Of a DNA stretch of 27,004 bases, positions 14,258-23,118 are shown piece by piece (the stretch's first letter is position 1; every line of letters begins with the position of its first letter). The notes beneath the pieces are model-generated. The model ran no database searches. It had not been told where the DNA came from and saw nothing but the letters and a program-made list of their open reading frames with translations. The stretch is from NCBI GenBank assembly GCA_044223005.1, contig JBGAML010000028.1:1-27004 (forward strand), written 5' to 3'. The position numbers and the translations under genes were made by a program. This DNA is from Candidatus Eiseniibacteriota bacterium. Its GTDB lineage: Bacteria > Eisenbacteria > RBG-16-71-46.

Positions 14258-15108
14258 GAGCTCCGTCCCCTCGTCGAGGCGTCGACCGGAATGGCCGCCG
14301 CCGGCGCCCGAAGATCGCGTACCACGAAACCCGCGGCGATCGCGTCGATCGCCCCGCTGCGCGCGCCGAGCAGTGCCCCCGGCGTCCGCGCCGCCGCCCG
14401 GAGTCCGTCGTCCTCGGGCACGCACCCGAGGTAGCCGAGCTGCCGGCGGAGGAAGCGTTCGGCAGCCAGTTGCAGCCGGTCGAACACCGCCTGACCTTCT
14501 TCATCGGCACTCGCCCGATTGACCATCACCTCGATCGGTACGGCGGGAACCTGCAGGTGCACCATCTTGATGAGCGCGTACGCATCGGCGAGCGACGCGG
14601 GCTCGGGCGCGGCGACCACGGCGAGACGGGACGCGCGGATGCCGGCGGTGCGCACGGCCCCCTCGATCCCGGGCCCACCGTCGACCACCACGGCGTCGTA
14701 GGCGTCGAACGCCGCGCTCAGCCGCTGGTGCAGCCGCGCGCGGTCCACCGGCCCCAGCGCGTAGAGAGCCTCGGCGCCGGAATCCGCGGGAAGTACGTCG
14801 AGTGCGTCGCTCACCGGCACCACGAGGTGGTGCGGCGCGACCTCGCCCGCGAGCACGCCGGCGAGGGTCCCGGCCGGGCGCATGCCGAGCAGGATGTGCA
14901 GGTTGCCCTGGTTCTGGGCCCCGTCCACGAGCAGCGTGCGGTACCCCTCGCGCGCGATCGCCGCGGCGACGAGCACCGAGAGCACCGACTTGCCCACACC
15001 GCCCTTGCCGGAGCCCACGACGAGCACCGGCGGGCCTTCGAGCGGGACCTCGCCGCGGATGGCGGCGGTCCACGTGCGTTCGCGCAACCCCTGGGCCTGG
15101 TCCTTCAC
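14254..15108 (-). CDS. flhG: MinD-like flagellar number regulator FlhG/FleN (divergent)
   Basis: N-terminal DQAQGLR helix, deviant Walker A SGKGGVGKS, PEPASLADAYALIK, MVNR; lies between flhF and fliA. Confidence 0.9.
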   Translation of the reverse strand: MKDQAQGLRERTWTAAIRGEVPLEGPPVLVVGSGKGGVGKSVLSVLVAAAIAREGYRTLLVDGAQNQGNLHILLGMRPAGTLAGVLAGEVAPHHLVVPVSDALDVLPADSGAEALYALGPVDRARLHQRLSAAFDAYDAVVVDGGPGIEGAVRTAGIRASRLAVVAAPEPASLADAYALIKMVHLQVPAVPIEVMVNRASADEEGQAVFDRLQLAAERFLRRQLGYLGCVPEDDGLRAAARTPGALLGARSGAIDAIAAGFVVRDLRAPAAAIPVDASTRGRSS

Positions 15109-16124
15109 CGGACCCCCACGAGCGCGAGTGCGGGCGCGGACTCCGGAACGCCCGGCGATACCGGAGCCGGCTGCAGGTCGCGCGGTACCTCCTGGCCGTC
15201 CGTGACCCAGCGCATCGGCAGCGCGAACTGCCGCGCGAGCTCGAACGCGCCGCGCTCCTCCGGATACTCGTCGAGCTTGCTGACCAGCAGGTGCGTGACG
15301 CCGAGCGGCAGGTGCGCGCTCACGATGCTGCGCGCGAGCGAGCGCTGGAGCCCGGCGGGCAGCACGAGGTGCACCTCGTCGGGCGCGATCGCGAGCAGCC
15401 GCTCCTGCGTCTCGCGCAGGTCGGCGATCGCGCGCGGGCCGCGGCCCGCGGTGTCGACGAGGATCACTTCGCAGTCGCGAAGCCGCCGCAGCGCGCGGGC
15501 GATGTCGCGCGGTTCCCACGCGACCTCGAACGGCAACCGCGAGAGTTCGGCGTACTGCCGCGCCTGCTCGACGCCACCGATGCGGTAGGTGTCCAGGCAG
15601 AGCAGTCCGACGCGCCGGCCGGCGAACGCGTGCGCGTGGTTCGCGAGCTTGGCGAGCGTGGTGGTCTTGCCCGCGCCCGTCGGGCCCACCAGCGCGACCA
15701 CGTAGGGCCGGCGCTCGGGCCGGCGCGGGGCGCCCGGCGCGAACGGCCACACGCGGCGCCGCGCGGGACGCGCGGGCGCGGGCACGGGCGCTGCGGGCGC
15801 CGGCGCCGGCTCGGCGCCGAGCGTCCAGAAGCGGGCCGCGTCGTCGGGCGTCGCCGGCCGCACGGGTGCCGCGACGCGCGGCGTCGCGACGGCGGGCCGC
15901 GGGCGCTCGGCGGCGATCAGCACGTCGGCGCCGTCGCGCGTCGCCTTCTTCTCGTCTGCCTGCCGCGCGGCGGTCACCGGGTCGGCCGCGACCATCTCGA
16001 ACACGCGCCGGCCGCGATCGGTCACACGGCGCACGGACACGACGACGGCGTCCTCGCCGATGCTCTGCTGCGCCCGCTTCAGCAGCGCGGGCACCTCGGG
16101 TCCGGTCAGGATCTCAAGCGGCAT
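15105..16124 (-). CDS. flhF: SRP-family GTPase FlhF
   Basis: N-terminal IGEDAVVVS, GPTGAGKTTTLAKLA, DTYRIGG, DTAGR, SKLDE, TDGQEVP.DL. Confidence 0.93.
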   Translation of the reverse strand: MPLEILTGPEVPALLKRAQQSIGEDAVVVSVRRVTDRGRRVFEMVAADPVTAARQADEKKATRDGADVLIAAERPRPAVATPRVAAPVRPATPDDAARFWTLGAEPAPAPAAPVPAPARPARRRVWPFAPGAPRRPERRPYVVALVGPTGAGKTTTLAKLANHAHAFAGRRVGLLCLDTYRIGGVEQARQYAELSRLPFEVAWEPRDIARALRRLRDCEVILVDTAGRGPRAIADLRETQERLLAIAPDEVHLVLPAGLQRSLARSIVSAHLPLGVTHLLVSKLDEYPEERGAFELARQFALPMRWVTDGQEVPRDLQPAPVSPGVPESAPALALVGVR

Positions 16125-18300
16125 GGCTCAGCTCCCACAGTCGAAGGGTCTGGATCGGGGTCTGTGTCGGCAGCTCGCCCAGCGAGATGACGGGCAGCCG
16201 GGGCAGCACCGGCTCCACGAGCCGGCGGATGCCGAGGCGCAGCCCCGGCGGCGTGACGAGCGGCGGGTACTGGCCGTCGACCTGGCATTCCTGCGCGATC
16301 GCGTGCAGCGACTGCAGCGCGCGCGTCAGCTCCTCGGGCTCGATCGTGCGGCCGTGTTCACGGGCACGCGGGCTGAACAGCTGCATGAGCGCGACTTCGA
16401 GCCGCGGCCCCACCGTGATCGCGCGCACCGTGCGGCCCTCGCCGCCCAGCATCTGCACGATCACCGACGACAGCGCGCGGCGGACGTGCTCGGTGAGCTG
16501 CTCGGGATCCTTGGTGGAGTCCGACGCGTCCGACAGCGTCTCGAGGATGGTCGCGAGGTCGCGCACCGGCAGGCCCTCGCGCAGCAGGCGCTGCAGTACG
16601 CGGTGCACGATGCCGAGCGAGAGCCGGCCCGGGACCACGTCCTCGACGAGCGCGGGATGCGTCTCCTTGAGCCCGTCGAGCAGCTCGCGCACGTTCTGGC
16701 GCGTGAGCAGGTCGGCCGCGTGCTCGCGGATGATCTCCATGAAGTGCGTGGCGAGCACCGTCGGCGCCTCGACCACGTTCCAACCCAGCGCCTCGGCGGA
16801 CGTGCGCTGGTCGGCGACGATCCACACCGCGCGCAGGCCGAAGCTCGGGTCGCGCGTGACCAGGCCGTCCGGCGTCCCGGTGGTCGCGCCCGTGTCGAGC
16901 GCCAGCAGGTGGCGCGGCAGGATCTCCCCGCCCGCGACGCGCACACCGCGCATGCGGACGACGTATTCCTGCGAGCCGAGCTGGATGTTGTCGCGAACGC
17001 GCACCGGCGGCACGAGGACGCCCATCTCGAACGCGAGCTGCTTGCGCAGGATCGCGACGCGCTGCAGCAGGTCGCCCCCCTGCCCCTCGTCGACGAGCGG
17101 GATCAGGGCGTAGCCGATCTCGAGTTCGAGCGGCTCCACGGCGAGCACTTCGCGGATCGCGGGCGCACCCGCGGGTCCGCTGGCTCCCGACACTTCGACC
17201 TCCGGCTCCGCGGCCGCCGCCTGCTCGCGCGCGATACGCCGGCCCGACCACCACGCGAGCCCGCCCGAGGCGGCCGCCAGCGTGAGGAACGGCAGGAACG
17301 GCAGGCCGGGCACGAGCCCGAACAGCACCAGGATGCCCGAGGCGCTCCAGAGCGACTTGGGCTCGCGCGTCAGCTGCGCGACGATCGACGGCGCCATGGA
17401 GGTGCCGGTCGAACCGTAGGTGACGAGCAGGCCCGATGCGGTGCTCACGATCAGCGCCGGGATCTGGGTCACGAGGCCGTCGCCGACGGTGAGCGCGCTG
17501 TACTGGCGGAGCGCGTCCCCGGCGCTCAGGTGGTGCTGCGTCATCCCGATGATGAAGCCACCGACGAGGTTGATGGCGGTGATCACGAGCCCGGCGACGG
17601 CGTCGCCGCGCACGAACTTCGCGGCGCCATCCATGGAGCCGTAGAAGTCGGCGTACTTGCTGATCTCGTCGCGACGGCGCCGCGCCTCGGCCTCGTCGAT
17701 CAGGCCCGCGGACAGGTCGGCGTCGATGCTCATCTGGCGCCCGGGCATGGCATCCAGGGTGAAGCGTGCCGCGACTTCGGCCACCCGGCCGGCGCCCTTC
17801 GTGATCACCATGAAGTTGATCACGACCAGGATCAGGAAGATCACGAGCCCGACGACGACGTTGCCGCCGATCACGAAGTCGCCGAACGCCGCGATCACCT
17901 GCCCGGCGTGCCCGGTGCCCAGGATGAGGCGCGTACTGCTGACGTTGAGCCCCAGTCGCAGCAGCGTGATGAGCAACAACAGGCTCGGGAAGATGCTGAA
18001 CTCGAGCGGGTCGCGCGTGGACATGGTGACCAGCAGGACCACGAGGCTGAGCGCGAACGAGGTCGCGAGCAGCGCATCGAGCAGGAACGGCGGCAGCGGC
18101 ACGACGAGCAGCGCGACGACGATCACCACGCCGATCGCCAGCAGCATCTCGGCGTTGCCGGCGAGCAGGCGGCGCATCGGGTGCGGCGCCGCGGGCGCGT
18201 GGGCGGTCGGACGGTGCGGCCGCGACGGCCCCGCGCCCGAGTGCCCTCCCCCGGAGGTGGTGACGGCGGCGGCCGCGCCGGGCAGGGTCACGGTGCTCAC
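16114..18300 (-). CDS. flhA: Flagellar export gate protein FlhA
   Basis: FPSLLL..TL.RL.LNVSSTRLIL, ITKGAGRVAEVAARFTLDAMPGRQMSIDADL, FYGSMDGAAKFVRGD, GDGLVTQIPAL; GTG overlaps the flhB stop (alternative later ATG near 18177). Confidence 0.97.
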   Translation of the reverse strand: MSTVTLPGAAAAVTTSGGGHSGAGPSRPHRPTAHAPAAPHPMRRLLAGNAEMLLAIGVVIVVALLVVPLPPFLLDALLATSFALSLVVLLVTMSTRDPLEFSIFPSLLLLITLLRLGLNVSSTRLILGTGHAGQVIAAFGDFVIGGNVVVGLVIFLILVVINFMVITKGAGRVAEVAARFTLDAMPGRQMSIDADLSAGLIDEAEARRRRDEISKYADFYGSMDGAAKFVRGDAVAGLVITAINLVGGFIIGMTQHHLSAGDALRQYSALTVGDGLVTQIPALIVSTASGLLVTYGSTGTSMAPSIVAQLTREPKSLWSASGILVLFGLVPGLPFLPFLTLAAASGGLAWWSGRRIAREQAAAAEPEVEVSGASGPAGAPAIREVLAVEPLELEIGYALIPLVDEGQGGDLLQRVAILRKQLAFEMGVLVPPVRVRDNIQLGSQEYVVRMRGVRVAGGEILPRHLLALDTGATTGTPDGLVTRDPSFGLRAVWIVADQRTSAEALGWNVVEAPTVLATHFMEIIREHAADLLTRQNVRELLDGLKETHPALVEDVVPGRLSLGIVHRVLQRLLREGLPVRDLATILETLSDASDSTKDPEQLTEHVRRALSSVIVQMLGGEGRTVRAITVGPRLEVALMQLFSPRAREHGRTIEPEELTRALQSLHAIAQECQVDGQYPPLVTPPGLRLGIRRLVEPVLPRLPVISLGELPTQTPIQTLRLWELSHAA

Positions 18301-19400
18301 GCGGCAGCCCTCGTGGCGGCGTCACGCCCGTAGCGCGGGTTCCGCAGGCGATAGACGTAGGCGAGGATCTCGGCCACGGCGGCGTACAGCGCGGGCGGGA
18401 TCGGCTTGCCGACGGCGCAGGTCGCGAGCAGCGCGCGCGCGACCGGCTTGTTCTCGACCAGCGGCACGCCGGCTTCGCGCGCAAGCCGCTTGATGCGCTC
18501 GGCGACCTTGCGCTCGCCCATCGCCAGCACGATCGGCGCGGGCGAGAGGTCGGGGTCGTACTGGAGCGCGACCGCGACATGGGTCGGGTTCGTGATCACG
18601 ACGTCCGCGCGCGGCACGGCCTGGAACATGCGCTGGCGGGCGCGCTCGCGCTGCATGGCCTTGATGCGGCCCTTCACGTGCGGGTCGCCTTCGGTCTCCT
18701 TGTGCTCGAGCATCACTTCCTGCTTGGTCATCTTGAGGCTGCGCTCGAGCCGCACGACCTGCCACGCGTAGTCCCCCACCGCGATCACCAGGAACGCCAC
18801 GCCGGTGGTGAGCACGAGCTTGAGCCCGAGCGCGCGCATGACGGCGAGGACCGCGGACGGCCCGGTCTCGGCGAGCGAGACGAGCTGCGGCCAGTTGGCC
18901 TTGAGTACGGTCCACGTCACCACGCCCAGCACCGCGAGCTTGGCGAGCGACTTGAGCAGGTTGATCACCGCGTCGAGCGACCAGAGCCGCTTGAAGCCCG
19001 CGGTGGGGTTGAGCTTGTCGAGCTTGGGCTCGATCGCCTTCCACGACACGGCGCCGCGCGACTGCACGAGGTTCACGACGACGGTCACGACCACGACGCC
19101 GGTGACGAACGGGAGCAGGGCGGTCACGAGGCCGAGGGCGACCGTGCGCAGCGCGACCGCCGCTCCGCCGGGCGTGAGCGCACCGCCCGAGAGCGACTGC
19201 GCCGAATCCTGCAGGACGCGGCGCGCGAACGTCGCCAGCGAGCCGCCGCCCGCGAGCGCGAGCGATGCGGCACCGGCGAGCAGCACCGACGCGGCGGACA
19301 GCTCGGCGCTGCGCGCGATCTGGCCTTCGTCGCGCGCGCGCTGCCGCCGTCGTGTGGTGGGAGCTTCGCTCCGTTCCTGGCCGTCTTCGTTCTCCGCCAC
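18297..19400 (-). CDS. flhB: Flagellar export substrate-specificity switch FlhB
   Basis: ERSEAPT.RR...AR.EGQI, KMTKQEV..E.KETEGDP.VK, intact NPTH autocleavage site, AVAEILAYVY. Confidence 0.97.
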   Translation of the reverse strand: MAENEDGQERSEAPTTRRRQRARDEGQIARSAELSAASVLLAGAASLALAGGGSLATFARRVLQDSAQSLSGGALTPGGAAVALRTVALGLVTALLPFVTGVVVVTVVVNLVQSRGAVSWKAIEPKLDKLNPTAGFKRLWSLDAVINLLKSLAKLAVLGVVTWTVLKANWPQLVSLAETGPSAVLAVMRALGLKLVLTTGVAFLVIAVGDYAWQVVRLERSLKMTKQEVMLEHKETEGDPHVKGRIKAMQRERARQRMFQAVPRADVVITNPTHVAVALQYDPDLSPAPIVLAMGERKVAERIKRLAREAGVPLVENKPVARALLATCAVGKPIPPALYAAVAEILAYVYRLRNPRYGRDAATRAAA

Positions 19401-19412
19401 GTGGCGCTCCGG

Positions 19413-20207
19413 TCAGTGCGAAAGGGGGACGAGCAGCTGGGCGGCCACGCCGGGCAGGTCGGTGACCCACCGGGCGACGACGCCGGAGACGTTGGGCAGC
19501 GACAGCGCGAACATCGCGAGGCCGATGCCGATGCTGATCGGGAACGACACCATCATCGCGTTGAGCTGCGGCACGGCGCGCCCGAGGATCGCGAGCGCGA
19601 GGTTCGTGAGCAGCAGCGCGACCATGACGGGAGCCGCCGCACTGACGGCGCAGGAGAAGAGCTGGCCGGCGAGCGCCGACGTGACCGGCCCGCCCCCCGT
19701 GAACTCGATCCCGGTGCCGGGCGGCAGCGTCCGCAGGCTGTCGGCGAGCGCGCGCAGGAGCATGAGATGGCCGCCGAGCGCGAGGTAGATCAGCATCGCG
19801 AGCAGCGTGGAGATCTGGCCGAGGCCCACGACCTGCATTTCGGGCACGGGCGCCAGCGCCGGCGCGATCGAGAGCCCCATCTGCATCGACACGACTTCGC
19901 CCGCGAGCCCGACCGCCTGCACCAGCACGGCCGCCGAGAGCCCGATCACGACGCCGATCGCGATCTCGGCCGCCATCGGCAGCGGCAGGTCGAGCACCTG
20001 GCCCGAGAGCGGCGCGACCGGCGCGGACGGCAGCAGCAGCACCGCCAGCACCACGGTGAGCGCGGTGCGCACCATGCGCGGCAGCGTCGTGCCGGACCAC
20101 GCCGGCGCGGTGAGCATCAGGCCGCCGATCCGCCCGGTCAGCAGGACGAACGTCGCCCAGCGGTCCGGGGCCAGCGCGGTGGCGAGGAAGTCGGGAACGA
20201 TCGGCAT
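19413..20207 (-). CDS. fliR: Flagellar export gate protein FliR
   Basis: Multi-TM protein, RIGG...AP, EIAIG, AGEVVSMQMGL, GGH, RAVPQLN..VSFP; ATG overlaps the fliQ stop (TGATG). Confidence 0.93.
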   Translation of the reverse strand: MPIVPDFLATALAPDRWATFVLLTGRIGGLMLTAPAWSGTTLPRMVRTALTVVLAVLLLPSAPVAPLSGQVLDLPLPMAAEIAIGVVIGLSAAVLVQAVGLAGEVVSMQMGLSIAPALAPVPEMQVVGLGQISTLLAMLIYLALGGHLMLLRALADSLRTLPPGTGIEFTGGGPVTSALAGQLFSCAVSAAAPVMVALLLTNLALAILGRAVPQLNAMMVSFPISIGIGLAMFALSLPNVSGVVARWVTDLPGVAAQLLVPLSH

Positions 20208-20476
20208 CAGGACACCAGGGTGGGCAGGCTGCGCAGGATGCCCGCGAGGTACTCGACGAGCCGGGTCAGTGCCCACGGCAGCGTGAGCGCGAACACCAGC
20301 GCGAGGGCGAGCAGCTTCGGGATGAACGTGAGCGTCTGCTCCTGCAGCTGCGTCACCGCCTGCACGAGGCTGACGACGATGCCGACGACCAGCGCGGTGA
20401 GCAGCAGCGGCGCGGCGACGAGCAGCGACAGCAGCACGGCCTGGCGGACGAGGTCGACGGCGAGGGCACCGGACAC
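20207..20476 (-). CDS. fliQ: Flagellar export gate protein FliQ
   Basis: VGIVVSLVQAVTQLQEQTLTFIPKL...PW. Confidence 0.96.
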   Translation of the reverse strand: MSGALAVDLVRQAVLLSLLVAAPLLLTALVVGIVVSLVQAVTQLQEQTLTFIPKLLALALVFALTLPWALTRLVEYLAGILRSLPTLVS

Positions 20477-20486
20477 GGGGCGAACC

Positions 20487-21713
20487 TCACTTGAAGCTGC
20501 CGGCGAGGTTCTGGACCACCAGCGTCCAGCCGTCGGCGAGCACGAAGAGGAGCAGCTTGAGCGGCATGGACACCATGACGGGCGGGAGCATGAACATGCC
20601 GAGGCTCATGAGCACCGAGGCCACGATCACGTCCACGACCACGAACGGCAGGTAGAGCGCGAAGCCCATCTGGAACGCGGTGCGGAGCTCGCTGACGACG
20701 AACGCGGAGACGATCGTCACGGTCGGCAGCTGGTCCTCGTCCTGCACGGGCTCGAGCCCGGAGAGCTCGACGAACGTCGTCAGGTCCTGCTCGCGGACGT
20801 TGCGCAGCATGAACGCGCGGAACGGCTTCACCGCGAGCCCGTACGCGGGGCCCTGCTCGATCTGGCCCGCGAAATAGGGCTGCAGCGCGGTGCGGTTCGT
20901 CTCTTCGAGCACCGGGTGCATGATCACGCCCGTGAGCAGCACCGCGAGCGCCACGAGCAGCTGGCCCGGCGGCGTGGTCTGCGTGCCGAGCGCGGAGCGC
21001 AGGAAGTGCAGCACGATCAGGATACGCGTGAAGCTCGTCATGAGCAGGAACAGCGCGGGCAGCAGCGTGAGTACGCCGAGGAACACGACGAGCCCCACGG
21101 CGCCGGAGAGCCGGATCTGGTCCTTGCCCTCGCCGATGCGGATGTCGACCTGCGGCATGGGCGGCGGCGACACGACCGGGGGCTGCAGGCCGCCGGCCAC
21201 GTGCGGCGTCCCCGCGGGCGGCACCTTCGCCACGGGCCCCTGCACCGGCGGCGGCACGGTGACGTGCTGCGCGTGCGCCGGCGCCGGCATCGCGGCGAGC
21301 GTCGCGCCGAGCAGGACCGCGGCCAGCGCGAGCCCCGCGCCGGCGCGCACGCCCTTCGCGATGCGCAGCCCGAGCGTCCGCAGGTCCGGCAGGCCCGGCG
21401 CGTCCGCCGCGGCGGGCGCGGGCAGCGGCGGCGCCGACGCGAGCGCGCGGGTGAGATCCTCGCCGGCGAGTTCGCCGATCAGCGAGGCGCCGGCATCGGC
21501 GGTGGAGACCAGCAGCACGCGCTCGCCCACCTGCAGCAGCGCGACGCCCTGGCGCGGGCCCAGCGAGGTGCGCTGGAGCACGCGCAGCGGCAGCCCGCGG
21601 CCGATCGGCAGCGCCCCGGGCGCGAAGCGCCGGAGCAGCCAGAGCGCGAGGCCGCACCCGCCGCACGTCAGCAGCAGCGCGCCCCAGAGGCCCATGCCGG
21701 ACGCGGCGCTCAC
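20487..21713 (-). CDS. fliP: FliO-FliP fusion protein (408 aa)
   Basis: Residues ~1-87 are FliO-like (TM, then LRVLQRTSLGPRQGVALLQVGERVLLV). The C-terminal part is FliP (LMTSFTRILIVL.FLRSALGTQTTPP, AFVVSELRTAFQMGF, PF..VD..VASVLMSLGMFMLPP...KLLLFVLADGW). No stop codon between them. Confidence 0.93.
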   Translation of the reverse strand: MSAASGMGLWGALLLTCGGCGLALWLLRRFAPGALPIGRGLPLRVLQRTSLGPRQGVALLQVGERVLLVSTADAGASLIGELAGEDLTRALASAPPLPAPAAADAPGLPDLRTLGLRIAKGVRAGAGLALAAVLLGATLAAMPAPAHAQHVTVPPPVQGPVAKVPPAGTPHVAGGLQPPVVSPPPMPQVDIRIGEGKDQIRLSGAVGLVVFLGVLTLLPALFLLMTSFTRILIVLHFLRSALGTQTTPPGQLLVALAVLLTGVIMHPVLEETNRTALQPYFAGQIEQGPAYGLAVKPFRAFMLRNVREQDLTTFVELSGLEPVQDEDQLPTVTIVSAFVVSELRTAFQMGFALYLPFVVVDVIVASVLMSLGMFMLPPVMVSMPLKLLLFVLADGWTLVVQNLAGSFK

Positions 21714-22036
21714 GCCGCGGGCTCGCCGTTCGGACCGCTCAGGACCTTCGTGATGCGGACGCCGAAGTGCTCGCCCACCACGACCACCTCGCCCTGCGCG
21801 AACTTGCGGTCGCTCACGTAGATGTCGACCGGCTCGCCGACGATGCGGTCCAGCTGGATCACCGAGCCGATCCCGAGCTGCAGGATCTCCTGCACCGTCA
21901 TGGTCGCGCGGCCGACCTCGATCGCGACCGGCATCGAGATGTCGAGCAGGGCGTCGAACGACGGCGCGGGCGCGCCCTCGGACGCCCCCACCTCGACGAG
22001 CGACGGCATCCCCGGCGTGGATTCGTGGAGACTCAC
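21710..22036 (-). CDS. fliN: Flagellar motor switch protein FliN (108 aa)
   Basis: LLDISMPVAIEVGR...ILQLGIGSVIQLDR..GEPVDIYV...AQGEVVVV...FGVRIT; GTG overlaps the fliM stop. Confidence 0.96.
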   Translation of the reverse strand: MSLHESTPGMPSLVEVGASEGAPAPSFDALLDISMPVAIEVGRATMTVQEILQLGIGSVIQLDRIVGEPVDIYVSDRKFAQGEVVVVGEHFGVRITKVLSGPNGEPAA

Positions 22037-23109
22037 AGCACCCTCCCCTGTCTGGACTGCACGGGCCGCTCCGCGGCCGGCTTCTGGATTCGTTCGGTGA
22101 CGCGCAGGCCGAGCTGGCGTCGCACCTGCCCCAGCGCGCCCAGGAATCGCAGGCGCTGGTTGACCTGGACCTCGATGGGTTCGTCCGCGGCGTGGCCGAT
22201 GTGCAGGACCTGCCCGGGCACGAGTTCCCCGAGCTGCCGCGCCGACAGCCACACGGTCGGGAAGCGCGCGACCACGTGGACGTGCGCGTGCTGGAGGTTG
22301 CCCTCCGCCACGGCCCGGCTCGCAGCCGCCTCGGCGCCCGACTGGCGCGAATGCGGCCGGCTCGTCGTCTTCTCGGCGAGGAAGGACTCCAGCGCCGCCA
22401 TGGGCAGGCAGAGCGCGATGAAGCCGTTGAACGACACCGAGCGCACTTCGAGGTTCGTCACGAGGACGTTGTCCTCGCGGCTCGTGATCTGCAGCATCTC
22501 GGGGTTCGACTCGAAGCCCACGACCTGGGGCGACAGCGCGAGCTGGTCGACCCACGCCTCGCGCAGCAGCAGCAGCGCACGCTCGGTCACGTTGCGCACG
22601 ACGGCCTGCTCGAGCAGCGTGAGCGGGCGCTGCAGCGACTGCGGGTCCCCGGGGCCGCCGAAGAGCCGGTCGACCAGGTGGAACGCGAAGTCCGTGCTGA
22701 GGTCGATCGTGCCCTGCGTGTTCATGCGGTCGCCGAGTTCGAACACGTACGACGCGCACGGCGTGCCGAGCGAGAGGATGTACTCCGAGAACATGGCCTG
22801 TTCGACGCTGCCCACGACCACGTCCAGCGGGGCGCGCAGCATGGACGACAACAGCGCCTGCAGCGACAGCGCGAACCGCGTGTAGATGGACTCCAGCGTG
22901 GCCCGGCGGTCCTTGGAGACGCGCGGCGGGCGGCTGAAGTTGTAGGGAACGACGTCGTCCTGCAGCACCGGCGCGAGCGGCACCGGCGTGGTCTTGAGCA
23001 GGATCGCGTCGATCTCGCGCTGCGTCAGCGAGTCCGAGGTGACCTTGCCTCCGGACGCGGTGCGCTTGAGCAGCGAGTCGACGTCGCGCTGGTTGAGGGC
23101 TTCGTTCAT
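22033..23109 (-). CDS. fliM: Flagellar motor switch protein FliM
   Basis: LTQREIDAIL, YNFSRPPRVSKD, VDRLFGGPG, RPLT.LE, ESNP; C-terminal SPOA-like domain. Confidence 0.95.
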   Translation of the reverse strand: MNEALNQRDVDSLLKRTASGGKVTSDSLTQREIDAILLKTTPVPLAPVLQDDVVPYNFSRPPRVSKDRRATLESIYTRFALSLQALLSSMLRAPLDVVVGSVEQAMFSEYILSLGTPCASYVFELGDRMNTQGTIDLSTDFAFHLVDRLFGGPGDPQSLQRPLTLLEQAVVRNVTERALLLLREAWVDQLALSPQVVGFESNPEMLQITSREDNVLVTNLEVRSVSFNGFIALCLPMAALESFLAEKTTSRPHSRQSGAEAAASRAVAEGNLQHAHVHVVARFPTVWLSARQLGELVPGQVLHIGHAADEPIEVQVNQRLRFLGALGQVRRQLGLRVTERIQKPAAERPVQSRQGRVL

Positions 23110-23118
23110 CTCGGGCGC

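Noticed and set aside
18579..21821. 1080 aa plus-strand ORF (longest in the track)
   Set aside because: Antisense shadow of flhB-fliR-fliQ-fliOP; its composition reflects the reverse complement of hydrophobic codons.
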